The notes below the pieces were generated by a model. The model did no database searches, was not told where the DNA came from, and saw nothing but the letters and a program-made list of their open reading frames with translations. Shown here in pieces: positions 1 to 9,231 of a stretch of DNA of 32,000 nt; position 1 is the stretch's first letter; every line of letters starts with the position of its first letter. A program made the translations under genes and the position numbers. This DNA is from Caedibacter taeniospiralis (lineage in GTDB: Bacteria > Pseudomonadota > Gammaproteobacteria > Francisellales > Francisellaceae). The stretch spans positions 54,797-86,796 of the forward strand of contig NZ_PGGB02000008.1 in the NCBI RefSeq assembly GCF_002803295.2, given 5' to 3'.

Positions 1-199
1 CAGCAATAATCCCATCCACCTTAATTAAGGCTATATGATCATTGGTCACGTCTGTTTTACTGCTAAACTCGCTAAATAGCAATCCAATAATGGCGATAGC
101 AACAGCCAACCAGCAAAAGCGCCAAAATATGCGCCAGCGACGCGCTCGGCGCTGTTCCAGAATATAAGCATCTGCAATACGCTTTAAATGTTTCGACAT
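1..199 (-). CDS. sppA: S49 family peptidase, signal peptide peptidase SppA-like (N-terminal part, truncated by window edge)
   Basis: Manual translation of the minus strand from ATG at 199: MSKHLKRIADAYILEQRRARRWRIFWRFCWLAVAIAIIGLLFSEFSSKTDVTNDHIALIKVDGIIA. It has a cytoplasmic N-terminus, one TM segment, then an 'HIALIKVDGIIA' strand typical of SppA. Confidence 0.6.
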   Translation of the reverse strand, partial: MSKHLKRIADAYILEQRRARRWRIFWRFCWLAVAIAIIGLLFSEFSSKTDVTNDHIALIKVDGIIA

Positions 200-287
200 A
201 AAAAATTCCTTATTGTGAAGAGATTGTTGGAGTTATTACACACGGGTGGCTTATGGTAGAGGAAATAAGAAAAAAATGCAGCAGGAT

Positions 288-2105
288 TTACGCTTTGTTA
301 CCTAAAACAGTTTGAATGGCCAGCTCCTTAAGCTGTGCACTGGAAACTTCTGCAGGTGCTTCAGTCATCAAACAGCTTGCGGTTTGCGTTTTGGGGAAGG
401 CGATAACATCGCGAATATTGGTTGTGTGTGTAATGAGCATCGTTAAGCGATCTAAACCAAACGCAATACCGCCATGAACGGGTGCTCCATATTGCAGGGC
501 ATCCAATAAGAAACTGAATTTTTCTTTGGCTTCTTCTTCAGTAATGCCTAGTAGACCAAATACCATTTGCTGCATTTTCTGATCATGAATGCGTATTGAG
601 CCACCACCTACTTCATAACCATTAATTACCATATCATACGCCCGCGATAAGGCGTTCTCTGGATAAGCTTTTAGCGCATCTACCGAATCTACTTTGGGTG
701 CGGTAAATGGATGATGCAAAGCATAATACCTGCCATCGGCTTCTTCAAACATCGGAAAATCAATCACCCAAAGTGGCGCCCACGCCTTAGTGTAAAGTTT
801 CAAATCCTCACCGATTTTCACTCTAAGCGCACCCATTGAGTCGTTGACAACGTTGACCTTTCCTGCCCCAAAGAAAATAATATCGCCATCATTGGCACCC
901 GTAATCTCCAGCACTTGCGATAATGCGGCTTCTGAAAGATTCTTCACAATCGGCGATTGCAAACCCTCTCTGCCTTGAGACTTGTCATTGACTTTGATAT
1001 ACGCCAAGCCCTTGGCCCCATAAATACCAACAAAGTTAGCGTAATCATCGAGCATTTTGCGTGTCAACAGTGCATTGCCATCGGGCAAGCGCATTGCGAT
1101 GACCCGAGACTTATCATCATTTGCAGGAATCGAGAATACTTTAAAATCCTCATTTTTCATAATGCTTTTCACATCAACGAAATAAAGCGGGATACGTAAA
1201 TCAGGTTTATCTGAACCATATTTACCCATCGCCTCGGCGTAAGTGATGACGGGTAAACTTTGAGGAAAATCCACGTTTGCCACCTGCTTGAATAACGCAT
1301 GGATCATTTTTTCCATAATCGACATAAGCCTTTCTTCATCAATAAATGATGCTTCAATATCAATCTGGGTAAACTCAGGCTGTCTGTCAGCGCGCAGATC
1401 TTCATCGCGAAAACATTTGACGATCTGATAATAGCGATCAAATCCTGAAATCATAAGTAACTGTTTGAATAACTGTGGAGATTGCGGGAGAGCATAAAAC
1501 TTACCGTGATGATTTCTACTTGGCACCAGATAGTCGCGCGCGCCCTCGGGCGTTGCCTTGGTGAGAAAAGGTGTTTCAATATCTAAAAATCCATGCTCAT
1601 CCAGGTAGCGACGAACAAATTGTGAAATGCGCGCACGCTGCATCAGACGGTTTTGAATCTCAGGGCGACGTAAATCAATATAACGATACTTCAACCGCAC
1701 ATCTTCACCAACATGTTGATGCTCATCCAGCTGAAAGGGGATTGTTTTTGCCTGATTGATCAGTATCAAATCCTGACCGATAATCTCTATTTTACCGCTT
1801 GTCAGATTTGAGTTTTCCTGACCTTCCGGGCGCATTTTAACAAGTCCTTTGGCCTTAATAACGTATTCATGACGCACATGATCCGCTAATTTAAACACTT
1901 CCTGATTTTCTGGCTCATAAACCAGCTGAACCAGACCCGTTCGATCACGAATATCCAGGAAAATCACCCCCCCATGATCTCGACGCCTATGCACCCACCC
2001 GCAAATTTCGACGATTTGACCGACAAGAGTTTCATTAACTTCTGAGCTGTAATGACTACGCATTTTTATCCTTTGATCCTTAAATATTTTCTTTTGGTTT
2101 TTCAA
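288..2105 (-). CDS. aspS: Aspartate--tRNA ligase
   Basis: 605-aa ORF with class II aaRS motifs ([44 protein letters not shown]; [15 protein letters not shown]). Confidence 0.97.
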   Translation of the reverse strand: MKNQKKIFKDQRIKMRSHYSSEVNETLVGQIVEICGWVHRRRDHGGVIFLDIRDRTGLVQLVYEPENQEVFKLADHVRHEYVIKAKGLVKMRPEGQENSNLTSGKIEIIGQDLILINQAKTIPFQLDEHQHVGEDVRLKYRYIDLRRPEIQNRLMQRARISQFVRRYLDEHGFLDIETPFLTKATPEGARDYLVPSRNHHGKFYALPQSPQLFKQLLMISGFDRYYQIVKCFRDEDLRADRQPEFTQIDIEASFIDEERLMSIMEKMIHALFKQVANVDFPQSLPVITYAEAMGKYGSDKPDLRIPLYFVDVKSIMKNEDFKVFSIPANDDKSRVIAMRLPDGNALLTRKMLDDYANFVGIYGAKGLAYIKVNDKSQGREGLQSPIVKNLSEAALSQVLEITGANDGDIIFFGAGKVNVVNDSMGALRVKIGEDLKLYTKAWAPLWVIDFPMFEEADGRYYALHHPFTAPKVDSVDALKAYPENALSRAYDMVINGYEVGGGSIRIHDQKMQQMVFGLLGITEEEAKEKFSFLLDALQYGAPVHGGIAFGLDRLTMLITHTTNIRDVIAFPKTQTASCLMTEAPAEVSSAQLKELAIQTVLGNKA

Positions 2106-2191
2106 GCAACGCCTGCCTACCTTACTGGAGTTAATCTTGGGAGAACGAATGGCAGCAAGTGACGATCAGATTTGCCTAAACTATTCGATGG

Positions 2192-2911
2192 CTACGTTAA
2201 TTTTTTAAGTTCAGCCTTAGCCTTTACTGCAACCTCATGCTGAGGATACTTGTCAACAACCTGCAGCAAATGATTTTTTGCAGCTTTCACATCTCCTTTA
2301 CTGAGCTCAAGCAACGCCAAAGCATAAGTAGCATCTGCGATTTTAATGCTTCTGGGGTAACGGGTGACGATGGTTTTGAACTGCTCATACGCAAGATCAA
2401 TCTTACCATCGATCAAGTAAACCTGACCTAGTAGATATAATGATTCAGAGTAATGCTCGCCATTGTAGTAGGCTTTTAAATACTGCTTCAACATGGTTTC
2501 AGCTTCTGAGTAGTTTTTGGCTAATAGTGCGCTATTTGCCTTATCAAAAGCGGCATTATCCTGCTGCAACTTTAGTGCTTGCGGCGATGGCTTATTCACC
2601 TCTTCTTGAAGTGCAGCTATTTGCTTTTCAAACTGTGCAAGCTTATTGGCAACAACATCATTGAGCTGATTAATCTTATAGGCGTTAAGCTCAACTTTCC
2701 CTCTTAAATCACTCAGTTGCTGCGTGAAAGCCTGACTGCCTGACTGACTCTGCTGAGTGATCAGATACTGTACCTGGTTATTGAGCTTGGCAGTTTGAAG
2801 TTGCAAGCTCTGTACATCGGTGCTTATATCAGCAAAAGAGGCAGAGGGCAGGAAAATCGCCGCAATAATGACCCGTTTAATTTTTGTGTTTACTTTAACC
2901 ACTTTCACCAC
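2192..2911 (-). CDS. cpoB: Tol-Pal system protein CpoB/YbgF (periplasmic, coiled coil plus TPR)
   Basis: Coiled-coil N-terminus then TPR-like YLLGQVYLIDGKIDLAYEQFKTIVTRYPRSIKIADATYALALLELSKG, located directly after pal. The listed ORF extends to 3067, but the signal peptide (MVKVVKVNTKIKRVIIAAIFLPSASFA) suggests a GTG start at 2911 or 2908, just after the pal stop. Confidence 0.88.
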   Translation of the reverse strand: MVKVVKVNTKIKRVIIAAIFLPSASFADISTDVQSLQLQTAKLNNQVQYLITQQSQSGSQAFTQQLSDLRGKVELNAYKINQLNDVVANKLAQFEKQIAALQEEVNKPSPQALKLQQDNAAFDKANSALLAKNYSEAETMLKQYLKAYYNGEHYSESLYLLGQVYLIDGKIDLAYEQFKTIVTRYPRSIKIADATYALALLELSKGDVKAAKNHLLQVVDKYPQHEVAVKAKAELKKLT

Positions 2912-2915
2912 CTGA

Positions 2916-3581
2916 TCAACCACAGCTTTGACCAAACTCAAGCTCAGCACGACGATCCAGATAATAGGCGTGTTGCTCAGCTTTTGCCTTACATACATTA
3001 TTTTCAACACCATTACACATCTGTGCATAAAACTGTGAAGGAGCCGCCACTGGCTGAGATTTACCATAACTTACTGTACATATCTGGTTTACATTAACCC
3101 CTTGCTGCAATAGATATTGTCGTACACCATCAGCACGACGTTGCCCAAGGTTTAAGTTATATTTTTCACTTCCACGCGGATCGGTGTGTCCAGCCAGGCG
3201 AAGCGGCTGCTTATATTTTACTAAATAAGTTGCCACTTGATTGAGGCAATTTTTAGCATCATCGGCTAATGCCGTGCTGTTAAACTCAAAGTAAACCGTT
3301 TTGCATGCCGACATGCCCTGCAGGGTCGCCATCATTGCTTGTTGCTCTTGCGCTGAGTATTGATCAATATTGGCAATCTGACTTTGCAGTTCTGCAATAC
3401 TCTGGCTGTCTAACGCCCCAGTCTCAACCAAACCATTCGTCTTGGCACCTAATCCCGTACCACCTTCAGGTCCAATTCCCTCGATGGGAGATTGAGGCTG
3501 CGAAGCACATCCTGCCATAAGCACAATAGATAAAAGACTGGTTGCCGTTAATAATTTTTTCTTTGTTTGCTTGTTGGTCAT
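2916..3581 (-). CDS. pal: Peptidoglycan-associated lipoprotein Pal (OmpA-like C-terminal domain)
   Basis: Lipobox LMAGC near the N-terminus; OmpA-like VYFEFNSTALADDAKNCLNQVATYL and LAGHTDPRGSEKYNLNLGQRRADGVRQYL motif. Confidence 0.96.
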   Translation of the reverse strand: MTNKQTKKKLLTATSLLSIVLMAGCASQPQSPIEGIGPEGGTGLGAKTNGLVETGALDSQSIAELQSQIANIDQYSAQEQQAMMATLQGMSACKTVYFEFNSTALADDAKNCLNQVATYLVKYKQPLRLAGHTDPRGSEKYNLNLGQRRADGVRQYLLQQGVNVNQICTVSYGKSQPVAAPSQFYAQMCNGVENNVCKAKAEQHAYYLDRRAELEFGQSCG

Positions 3582-3650
3582 AGTGATTCCTTATTTATCT
3601 CTAAATTAATTTTGGTGCTTTTCTTATTGTCTTATCGTTTCAGCCTTGGG

Positions 3651-4967
3651 TCACACCGCAGGTGACCATGCAGGAGACTGGATTGCGCCTTGGGTATTAG
3701 ATGGTAAGCTAATTTGAACCTTGCCGTCAATGGACACCATTGCAAGATTTGCTCCCCCTGATTCCTGACCTTTGGCATAAATAATCATATTGCCATCAGG
3801 AGACACGCTTGGAGAGGCATCCATTACCCCATTTGTCAGCACGGTAATCTTCTTGCTGTTTAAATCAACCTTGGCAATCTGAGTCCCTGAGTTTTGTTGA
3901 TACATGAAGACAATGCTCTGCCCATTAGGGGTATATTGTGGGTCAAATGCCTGTTTAGCGCCATAAGTGAGGCGCTCTGAGGATGGATATTTGCTGCTAA
4001 GATCGGTGGTGTAAATTTGCGGGTTCCCACCACGATCAGAAACAAAGGCAAGCTCTTTTCCTGAAGGTGAAAAGGCAGGGGCGGTATTAATCCCGTTGAG
4101 CGTGAGCTTCTTATAGAGCTTATCGTTAGCCAGATTCATCAAGTAGATATTGCTGTTTTCCGAGTAACCCTGTGATAACGCCATGGCCAAAGTATTTCCA
4201 TCTGGGGAGAAGGCGGGTGAGCTGTTAATGCCCTTATAGCTGGCAATTTTTTTTCTGACACCCGTATACACTTCAATGGTGTAAATTGCCATATTCCCCT
4301 TGCTGTAGCTGACATATGCCAGATATTTCCCATCTTTTGACCAGGCTGGAGACATGATCGGGTCTTTTGTTTGACGCAATAACACATGGGGGTTAAAGCC
4401 ATCATAATCAGCAACGATCAGCTGATAAACTGCTTTTTTAACATTATAGGGATTTTCAACATCAACATATGCAAGCTTAGAGGTAAAGTAACCCTTACTG
4501 CCTGTAATCGCTTCGTATAAAAAGTTACTAATTGTATGTGCCAACAGACGCAGCTGATCTTTTTGCACATTCGTAAACTTACGTGCATTTAATACATTGC
4601 CACTAAGTTTACTCACCAGCTCATAGGTGACATCATAGCGTCCATTACGCTCGTCTATGCTGCCAATGAGGATGTAATCCGACTGCCATTTCGACCAGAT
4701 AATATCCTTGCTACTTTCCACAGACTGTGGGAAACGAGTTGTTTGTGATGCAATCCGCCCAGAATTACGCAAGTCATCGGCGATGATCGCGGCAATTCCA
4801 TCTGGAATTTGCGCATCGCTCACTCTTGCGCCCTTAAATGGCATGACAGCCACAGGAATTTGCTGTGATACGCCCTGAGTAATGTTAATGGTTAATCGTG
4901 CCTGTGCGGATAGTACCGCGATAAATAGCGCAAAAATAATGAGACACAACTGTTTTAATCTATACAT
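3651..4967 (-). CDS. tolB: Tol-Pal system beta-propeller protein TolB
   Basis: 438 aa; signal peptide, N-terminal TolB domain, repeated WD-like blades (PAWSPDG / PAFSPDGNTLAM / PSVSPDGNMIIY). Confidence 0.96.
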   Translation of the reverse strand: MYRLKQLCLIIFALFIAVLSAQARLTINITQGVSQQIPVAVMPFKGARVSDAQIPDGIAAIIADDLRNSGRIASQTTRFPQSVESSKDIIWSKWQSDYILIGSIDERNGRYDVTYELVSKLSGNVLNARKFTNVQKDQLRLLAHTISNFLYEAITGSKGYFTSKLAYVDVENPYNVKKAVYQLIVADYDGFNPHVLLRQTKDPIMSPAWSKDGKYLAYVSYSKGNMAIYTIEVYTGVRKKIASYKGINSSPAFSPDGNTLAMALSQGYSENSNIYLMNLANDKLYKKLTLNGINTAPAFSPSGKELAFVSDRGGNPQIYTTDLSSKYPSSERLTYGAKQAFDPQYTPNGQSIVFMYQQNSGTQIAKVDLNSKKITVLTNGVMDASPSVSPDGNMIIYAKGQESGGANLAMVSIDGKVQISLPSNTQGAIQSPAWSPAV

Positions 4968-4970
4968 ACT

Positions 4971-6071
4971 TTATCCTTCTTGACCAAATCTAAAATCTAT
5001 ACCTTCCGCAATCAGTTTTCTTGCGCCATCATCTGTGGGCATGACGGGCGCCTGCACATTCTTAAATGCCAATAAAAGCGCGCGATCACACTGCGTGCTG
5101 CCGCTTGAGACTGAAATACGAGGAGCATGTCCTGCCATCACCATCACCGTTGGTAGCTTCTGCGCACTTATCTTACGACAATCATCCATTATCCACACAG
5201 CTTCAATTCGCGCTTTATAGGCGCTTGCATAAGCCTGTAATGCCTGATCTGTCGCGCTTTGTGCGCTAGCCCTTGCACTCTGGGCATTCAAGTCACTTAA
5301 TGCAGACTGCCTAAGCGCATTTAACGCCGCCTCACGCGCGGCTTTTGCTGCCGCCTCTTGGGCTTTTTGCTGCACCAGTTTTTCAGCTGCTAACTGTGCT
5401 TCTTTGTTCTTTTTTTCTGCTGCAAGCGCTTTTTGTTTGGCAAGTTCTTGTTGTTCTTTTCTAAGCTTTTCCGCTTGTTTCTGCTTCTGTATTTCTTGCT
5501 TTTTAGCCAGGGCGTTTTGCTTTTCTTCTTGCGCTTTTTTGGCTTCTTGCTCTGCCTTACGCTTTTCTTCTTGCGCTTTTTTGACCTCTTGCTCTGCCTT
5601 ACGCTTTTCTTCCGCCAGCATTGCTACTTTTGCTTCTTCTGCCTGCTTTAATGCTGCCTGACGTTGTAGTTCTGCCTCATGCGCGCGAGCTGTTTTCTCT
5701 TCTATCTCTTTCATCTTTGCTTGATGCTGCTCCTGAGCCAGTTTTTGCTCATAGACCTGCTTTTGCGCTAACTGATAGGCATTTACCTCTTCTTCAAGAT
5801 ACTGAGTTGAAATCGCCGTGGCCTGAACAATTTCAGTGGTATCTACTGTCTTAATCGTTCTCTGACCTGCTAAGTTCAATGTGTTTTTTTTACCTTGCAA
5901 CACACTCGCTAAAATAACTAATCCAATGACAAAAACAACGTGCAGCATAATGGAATAACAAAAGCTTAAACGTTCAGGGGTAGCAGTTGCCGCAACATAT
6001 AGTCTTTTTAAGCGATTATACACGTTAGCACCCAAAACTTGCCTTGAGTTTTGACTACGATTTTGAGTCAT
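4971..6071 (-). CDS. tolA: Cell envelope integrity protein TolA
   Basis: N-terminal TM (YSIMLHVVFVIGLVILASVL), long Lys/Glu/Ala-rich coiled coil, C-terminal domain; syntenic with tolR and tolB. Confidence 0.92.
   Translation of the reverse strand: MTQNRSQNSRQVLGANVYNRLKRLYVAATATPERLSFCYSIMLHVVFVIGLVILASVLQGKKNTLNLAGQRTIKTVDTTEIVQATAISTQYLEEEVNAYQLAQKQVYEQKLAQEQHQAKMKEIEEKTARAHEAELQRQAALKQAEEAKVAMLAEEKRKAEQEVKKAQEEKRKAEQEAKKAQEEKQNALAKKQEIQKQKQAEKLRKEQQELAKQKALAAEKKNKEAQLAAEKLVQQKAQEAAAKAAREAALNALRQSALSDLNAQSARASAQSATDQALQAYASAYKARIEAVWIMDDCRKISAQKLPTVMVMAGHAPRISVSSGSTQCDRALLLAFKNVQAPVMPTDDGARKLIAEGIDFRFGQEG
5521..5604. repeat. In-frame 42-bp tandem duplication inside tolA (two units, 5521-5562 and 5563-5604)
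   Basis: Units differ at two positions (ggcttc vs gacctc); they encode EEKRKAEQE(V/A)KKAQ twice. Confidence 0.85.
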
Positions 6072-6486
6072 CAGTTACCAATCCCACACTAGCGACACCA
6101 GCCTTTTGTAAAAGCACCATGGCTTCAACTACCTGACCATAGCTTGCCTGTTTATCACCACGAACATATACCTGCTTGTCTTTATCCCGCGTTAATGTGT
6201 CCACAACTAACTGGCTCAACTGGTTCGCTGTTAATGGGGCAGTTTCATCATTTCGGTTAATAAAATATTGACCTTGCTGATTCACCGTTACAATCAAGGG
6301 TTTTTGTTCTGACGGTGGAATTTTCTTAGCCTGTGCCTGTGGTAAATCGACTTTCACACCTTGCGTCAACATCGGTGCGGTGATCATGAAAATAATCAAC
6401 AGCACCAGCATCACATCGATGTAAGGTACCACGTTAATTTCAACCATCGCTTTGTGTTTTGTGCGGCGAGATGCTCTGCGGTGCAT
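6055..6486 (-). CDS. tolR: Tol-Pal system protein TolR (ExbD family)
   Basis: VEINVVPYIDVMLVLLIIFMITAPMLTQGVKVDLPQA motif; short overlaps with tolA and tolQ. Confidence 0.95.
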   Translation of the reverse strand: MHRRASRRTKHKAMVEINVVPYIDVMLVLLIIFMITAPMLTQGVKVDLPQAQAKKIPPSEQKPLIVTVNQQGQYFINRNDETAPLTANQLSQLVVDTLTRDKDKQVYVRGDKQASYGQVVEAMVLLQKAGVASVGLVTDDSKS

Positions 6487-7181
6487 TATGCTTCCTCACT
6501 CAGATTTTGCTTATACGCCTCTCGATATAACAAAGTACAAAGCTCATCCTGAAAGTTTTCATAATCTAATAAAACTGCATCGACGGAGCGTGAATAACGG
6601 TTATAACCAACCACCGCAGGAATAGCGACAAACAAACCAAGTGCTGTTGCAATCAATGCTTCGGCAATATGGGGTGCCACCATGGATAAAGTCGCCTGTT
6701 CAACTCCACCCAATGCAGTAAAAGATGCCATAATTCCCCAAACCGTTCCTAGTAAACCCACGTAAGGCGCAATAGAGCCAATGGTGCCTAAAAGCGAGAT
6801 TTGATGTTCAAGCTTTTCACTCTCCTGCATCATTGCCACACGCATTGAACGCTCAACCCCTTCAAGCACAACATCTCCATGTAAAGTTGCCTGAGCGCGC
6901 AAACGCATAAACTCACGAAAACCACAGCTAAACAAATAGGATAGCCCACGCTTTTTATGCTTATTTTGCTGTAGCTCCTGATAAAGCTTATGAATATTCC
7001 CACTCGACCAGAAGTGTTTTGCAAAAGCCTTGGATTCGATTTTTGCTGACTTAATCACCTGATAACGTTGAATCATAATTGCCCATGACCAAATGGAACC
7101 CAGGATTAAAATTAAGATAATTAATTGCACCACAATATCTGCATTTAATATCAGCTGCCAAAACGATAAATTATTGGTCAC
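6486..7181 (-). CDS. tolQ: Tol-Pal system protein TolQ (MotA/TolQ/ExbB proton channel family)
   Basis: 231 aa; IGSIAPYVGLLGTVWGIMASF and ALIATALGLFVAIPAVVGYNRY motifs. Confidence 0.96.
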   Translation of the reverse strand: MTNNLSFWQLILNADIVVQLIILILILGSIWSWAIMIQRYQVIKSAKIESKAFAKHFWSSGNIHKLYQELQQNKHKKRGLSYLFSCGFREFMRLRAQATLHGDVVLEGVERSMRVAMMQESEKLEHQISLLGTIGSIAPYVGLLGTVWGIMASFTALGGVEQATLSMVAPHIAEALIATALGLFVAIPAVVGYNRYSRSVDAVLLDYENFQDELCTLLYREAYKQNLSEEA

Positions 7182-7216
7182 ATCCGTCCCTTAGTCACTA
7201 AATAGAATGAGGCTTA

Positions 7217-7389
7217 TTGTATACCCATCGTAAGTCATTTTACAGACTTTCTGGCATTGAACTTCGGCTGATTTTTAAGGATCTCATTTTGACAATAGAA
7301 CTCGCTATTATCTGCAATTCGATCCTTAAAAATCCCCACGAACTTACTTCCCCATAAAACCCGCAAAATAACTTGCGACGGGTGTATTA
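7217..7389. repeat. Near-palindromic MITE-like element with imperfect terminal inverted repeats and a perfect inner 14-bp stem
   Basis: Left end TTGTATACCCATCGTAAGTCATTTTACAGACTTTCTGG aligns to the reverse complement of the right end TAATACACCCGTCGCAAGTTATTTTGCGGGTTTTATGG. The inner arms GATTTTTAAGGATC (7270-7283) and GATCCTTAAAAATC (7321-7334) are exact inverse complements, and a small AATAG...CTATT stem sits in the loop. Confidence 0.65.
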
Positions 7390-7549
7390 TGACCACATCA
7401 ATTACCAAAGGGAATTACGGCGAATTTGGCAGCTTCTGCCAGATTTTTATTTTGAGGTTATTCAAGGATGATTATTTTGGCAATAACAATGTCTTCTCCC
7501 ATAATGACGTATTCGTGAGGGCATATTGCATACGCCTTATAAAAGTAGT

Positions 7550-7632
7550 TAGGGTGGATAAGCCGAAGGCGCATCCACCAATACTCAATATTTGCTTTTC
7601 CGCGTGGATGCGCCTTCGGCTTATCCACCCTA
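7550..7632. repeat. REP-like perfect hairpin, 29-bp arms with a 25-nt loop
   Basis: TAGGGTGGATAAGCCGAAGGCGCATCCAC (7550-7578) is perfectly inverted as GTGGATGCGCCTTCGGCTTATCCACCCTA (7604-7632). Confidence 0.85.
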
Positions 7633-7665
7633 CACTTAGGTATGTTATTAAGCTGGAGATCCCTA

Positions 7666-9108
7666 TCATCTCAGTGCAGCAGAGGCAATATCGCGATCTG
7701 CGCATTGTATAGCCTTTGATTGCTCGGCATGGTTATAAAACAACCACTCCCCAGTCATACACTTATTAACCACATTTGCAATGATTCCCACTACGGTAAT
7801 ATGGCTTAAAAAATTAGTTAATGCACATAAAAACTTTCGGGATGTTGTATTATCGACAATTTTTGTACATTCGTTTTCAGATGTTTTTATTTCGTTTGTA
7901 TACTGTTCTTTTTGAGTATCACTAATTTGACCTTTAATTTTATTCGCAAATAAGCTAGTTGTGCTTTTCAATACATTTTGTTCATGCTTATCAATCGCCT
8001 GTTTCTGACGATCATCCAGCCCTTCTTTTGCTCCTTGACATAATGTATGCGTCACTGCTATAACTTCTTTTAATTTCTCAAGTTGAGATATTACCTGATC
8101 TTGAGCATCTGCGCTAAAATCAGCACCCAAAAGAGGATTTATCGCTTGAGAGATTACCTGCTGCAATCCACAACTATCACGGTCTTTCTCCAGTGTATCT
8201 TTGAGCTGATTAAGTTTCTGTATTTTTATACCGTTAGTATGCTTTGGTGAGAAATTCACAGAGGATTTGTCAACCCCATATTTGGTATGGAATTCTTCAT
8301 TATTTAACTGATCATATTCTATCCATTTATTTAGCCCTGCCAGATCTTTAATACCTTGATCCTTAATTGCCTTTAAAAAATTTCCAAATTGCTCTTTTGT
8401 GGCACCAGGTACAATAGAGTCCAAACAAATTCTTTGCTCTGCACGCAATGTAGGTTGAGTGCCATTCTTGGATTCTTTTTGCTTAGCAAAGGCATACTGG
8501 TCAAATGCTTCTTGTGATAGAGGAACTTCGCGAAGCAAATAAATTGCCTGGTTCAATCCAAATTTGAGCGTTTCAGCCTCTAAATCACTCGTCAATATGG
8601 TCCCTGCCTGCTTTACATACTCCTCATTGCCAAGGTTAAAGTCATTAATGTTTTGATCAATGGTTCCAATATATGCGGTCAAACCTAATCGCATAAACTT
8701 CAAATACTCCAAAGTATTTGTCGGATTATTGTCAGTCATAGTTGATACTACACTCTCCGTTCTATCTTGCATTGCCGACTCAATAGCATTGAGTATTTTG
8801 CAGGCATTACCAGGGTTAATGTCTTCCTGAACGCCCCCCATGCTTTTCGTAACCATTGTGTTATCAAGGGTGGACGCATCACTATACCTAGACCGTAACT
8901 CAGTCGTTTCATGGTCTGAATTTTTTTTCGAGGCATTTTCAGTATCTTCTGAAATAATGCCTTTCATCAGCTTATGAACCCCATCTAGAGAAGCTGATTC
9001 TGGGTGCTCTTGGTGGATTTTCATAGCAAGCTGGACAAGCAGTTCCATCACTGTCTTTAAATTGTTTTCTTGTAATCCTGTATTTATATGTGCCAATATT
9101 TTTTTCAT
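7666..9108 (-). CDS. Hypothetical protein, 480 aa, unrecognised family, mostly soluble with a C-terminal hydrophobic segment
   Basis: Long open frame starting MKKILAHINTGLQENNLK. It has no recognisable domain or N-terminal signal peptide; a hydrophobic stretch (KFLCALTNFLSHITVVGIIANVV) lies near the C-terminus. Confidence 0.7.
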   Translation of the reverse strand: MKKILAHINTGLQENNLKTVMELLVQLAMKIHQEHPESASLDGVHKLMKGIISEDTENASKKNSDHETTELRSRYSDASTLDNTMVTKSMGGVQEDINPGNACKILNAIESAMQDRTESVVSTMTDNNPTNTLEYLKFMRLGLTAYIGTIDQNINDFNLGNEEYVKQAGTILTSDLEAETLKFGLNQAIYLLREVPLSQEAFDQYAFAKQKESKNGTQPTLRAEQRICLDSIVPGATKEQFGNFLKAIKDQGIKDLAGLNKWIEYDQLNNEEFHTKYGVDKSSVNFSPKHTNGIKIQKLNQLKDTLEKDRDSCGLQQVISQAINPLLGADFSADAQDQVISQLEKLKEVIAVTHTLCQGAKEGLDDRQKQAIDKHEQNVLKSTTSLFANKIKGQISDTQKEQYTNEIKTSENECTKIVDNTTSRKFLCALTNFLSHITVVGIIANVVNKCMTGEWLFYNHAEQSKAIQCADRDIASAALR

Positions 9109-9231
9109 GATTTTACCCCACGTAGATTTTTTGTTTATTATCTGGGGTTACTATCTTAATTTCAGCTGTTAATTACAATACCCTGGCTATCAGATCGGAC
9201 AGTCTGCTTGGAAATTAAAGTGCCAGATTGA

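Noticed and set aside
2237-5854. Several plus-strand ORFs opposite cpoB, pal, tolB and tolA (e.g. 5404..5661, 5433..5651)
   Set aside because: They are antisense to conserved genes; their Phe/Ser/Leu/Cys-rich composition is a by-product of the TolA Lys/Glu/Ala coding repeat.
7427-7441. TGGCAG-CTT-CTGCCA hairpin followed by a T-rich run on the plus strand
   Set aside because: The stem is short (6 bp) and no plus-strand gene upstream would need it, so it could easily be chance.
7389-7712. 107-aa plus-strand ORF in the spacer upstream of tolQ
   Set aside because: It begins at the edge of the palindromic element, reads through the 29-bp hairpin and into the antisense of the 480-aa ORF, and has no protein-like features.
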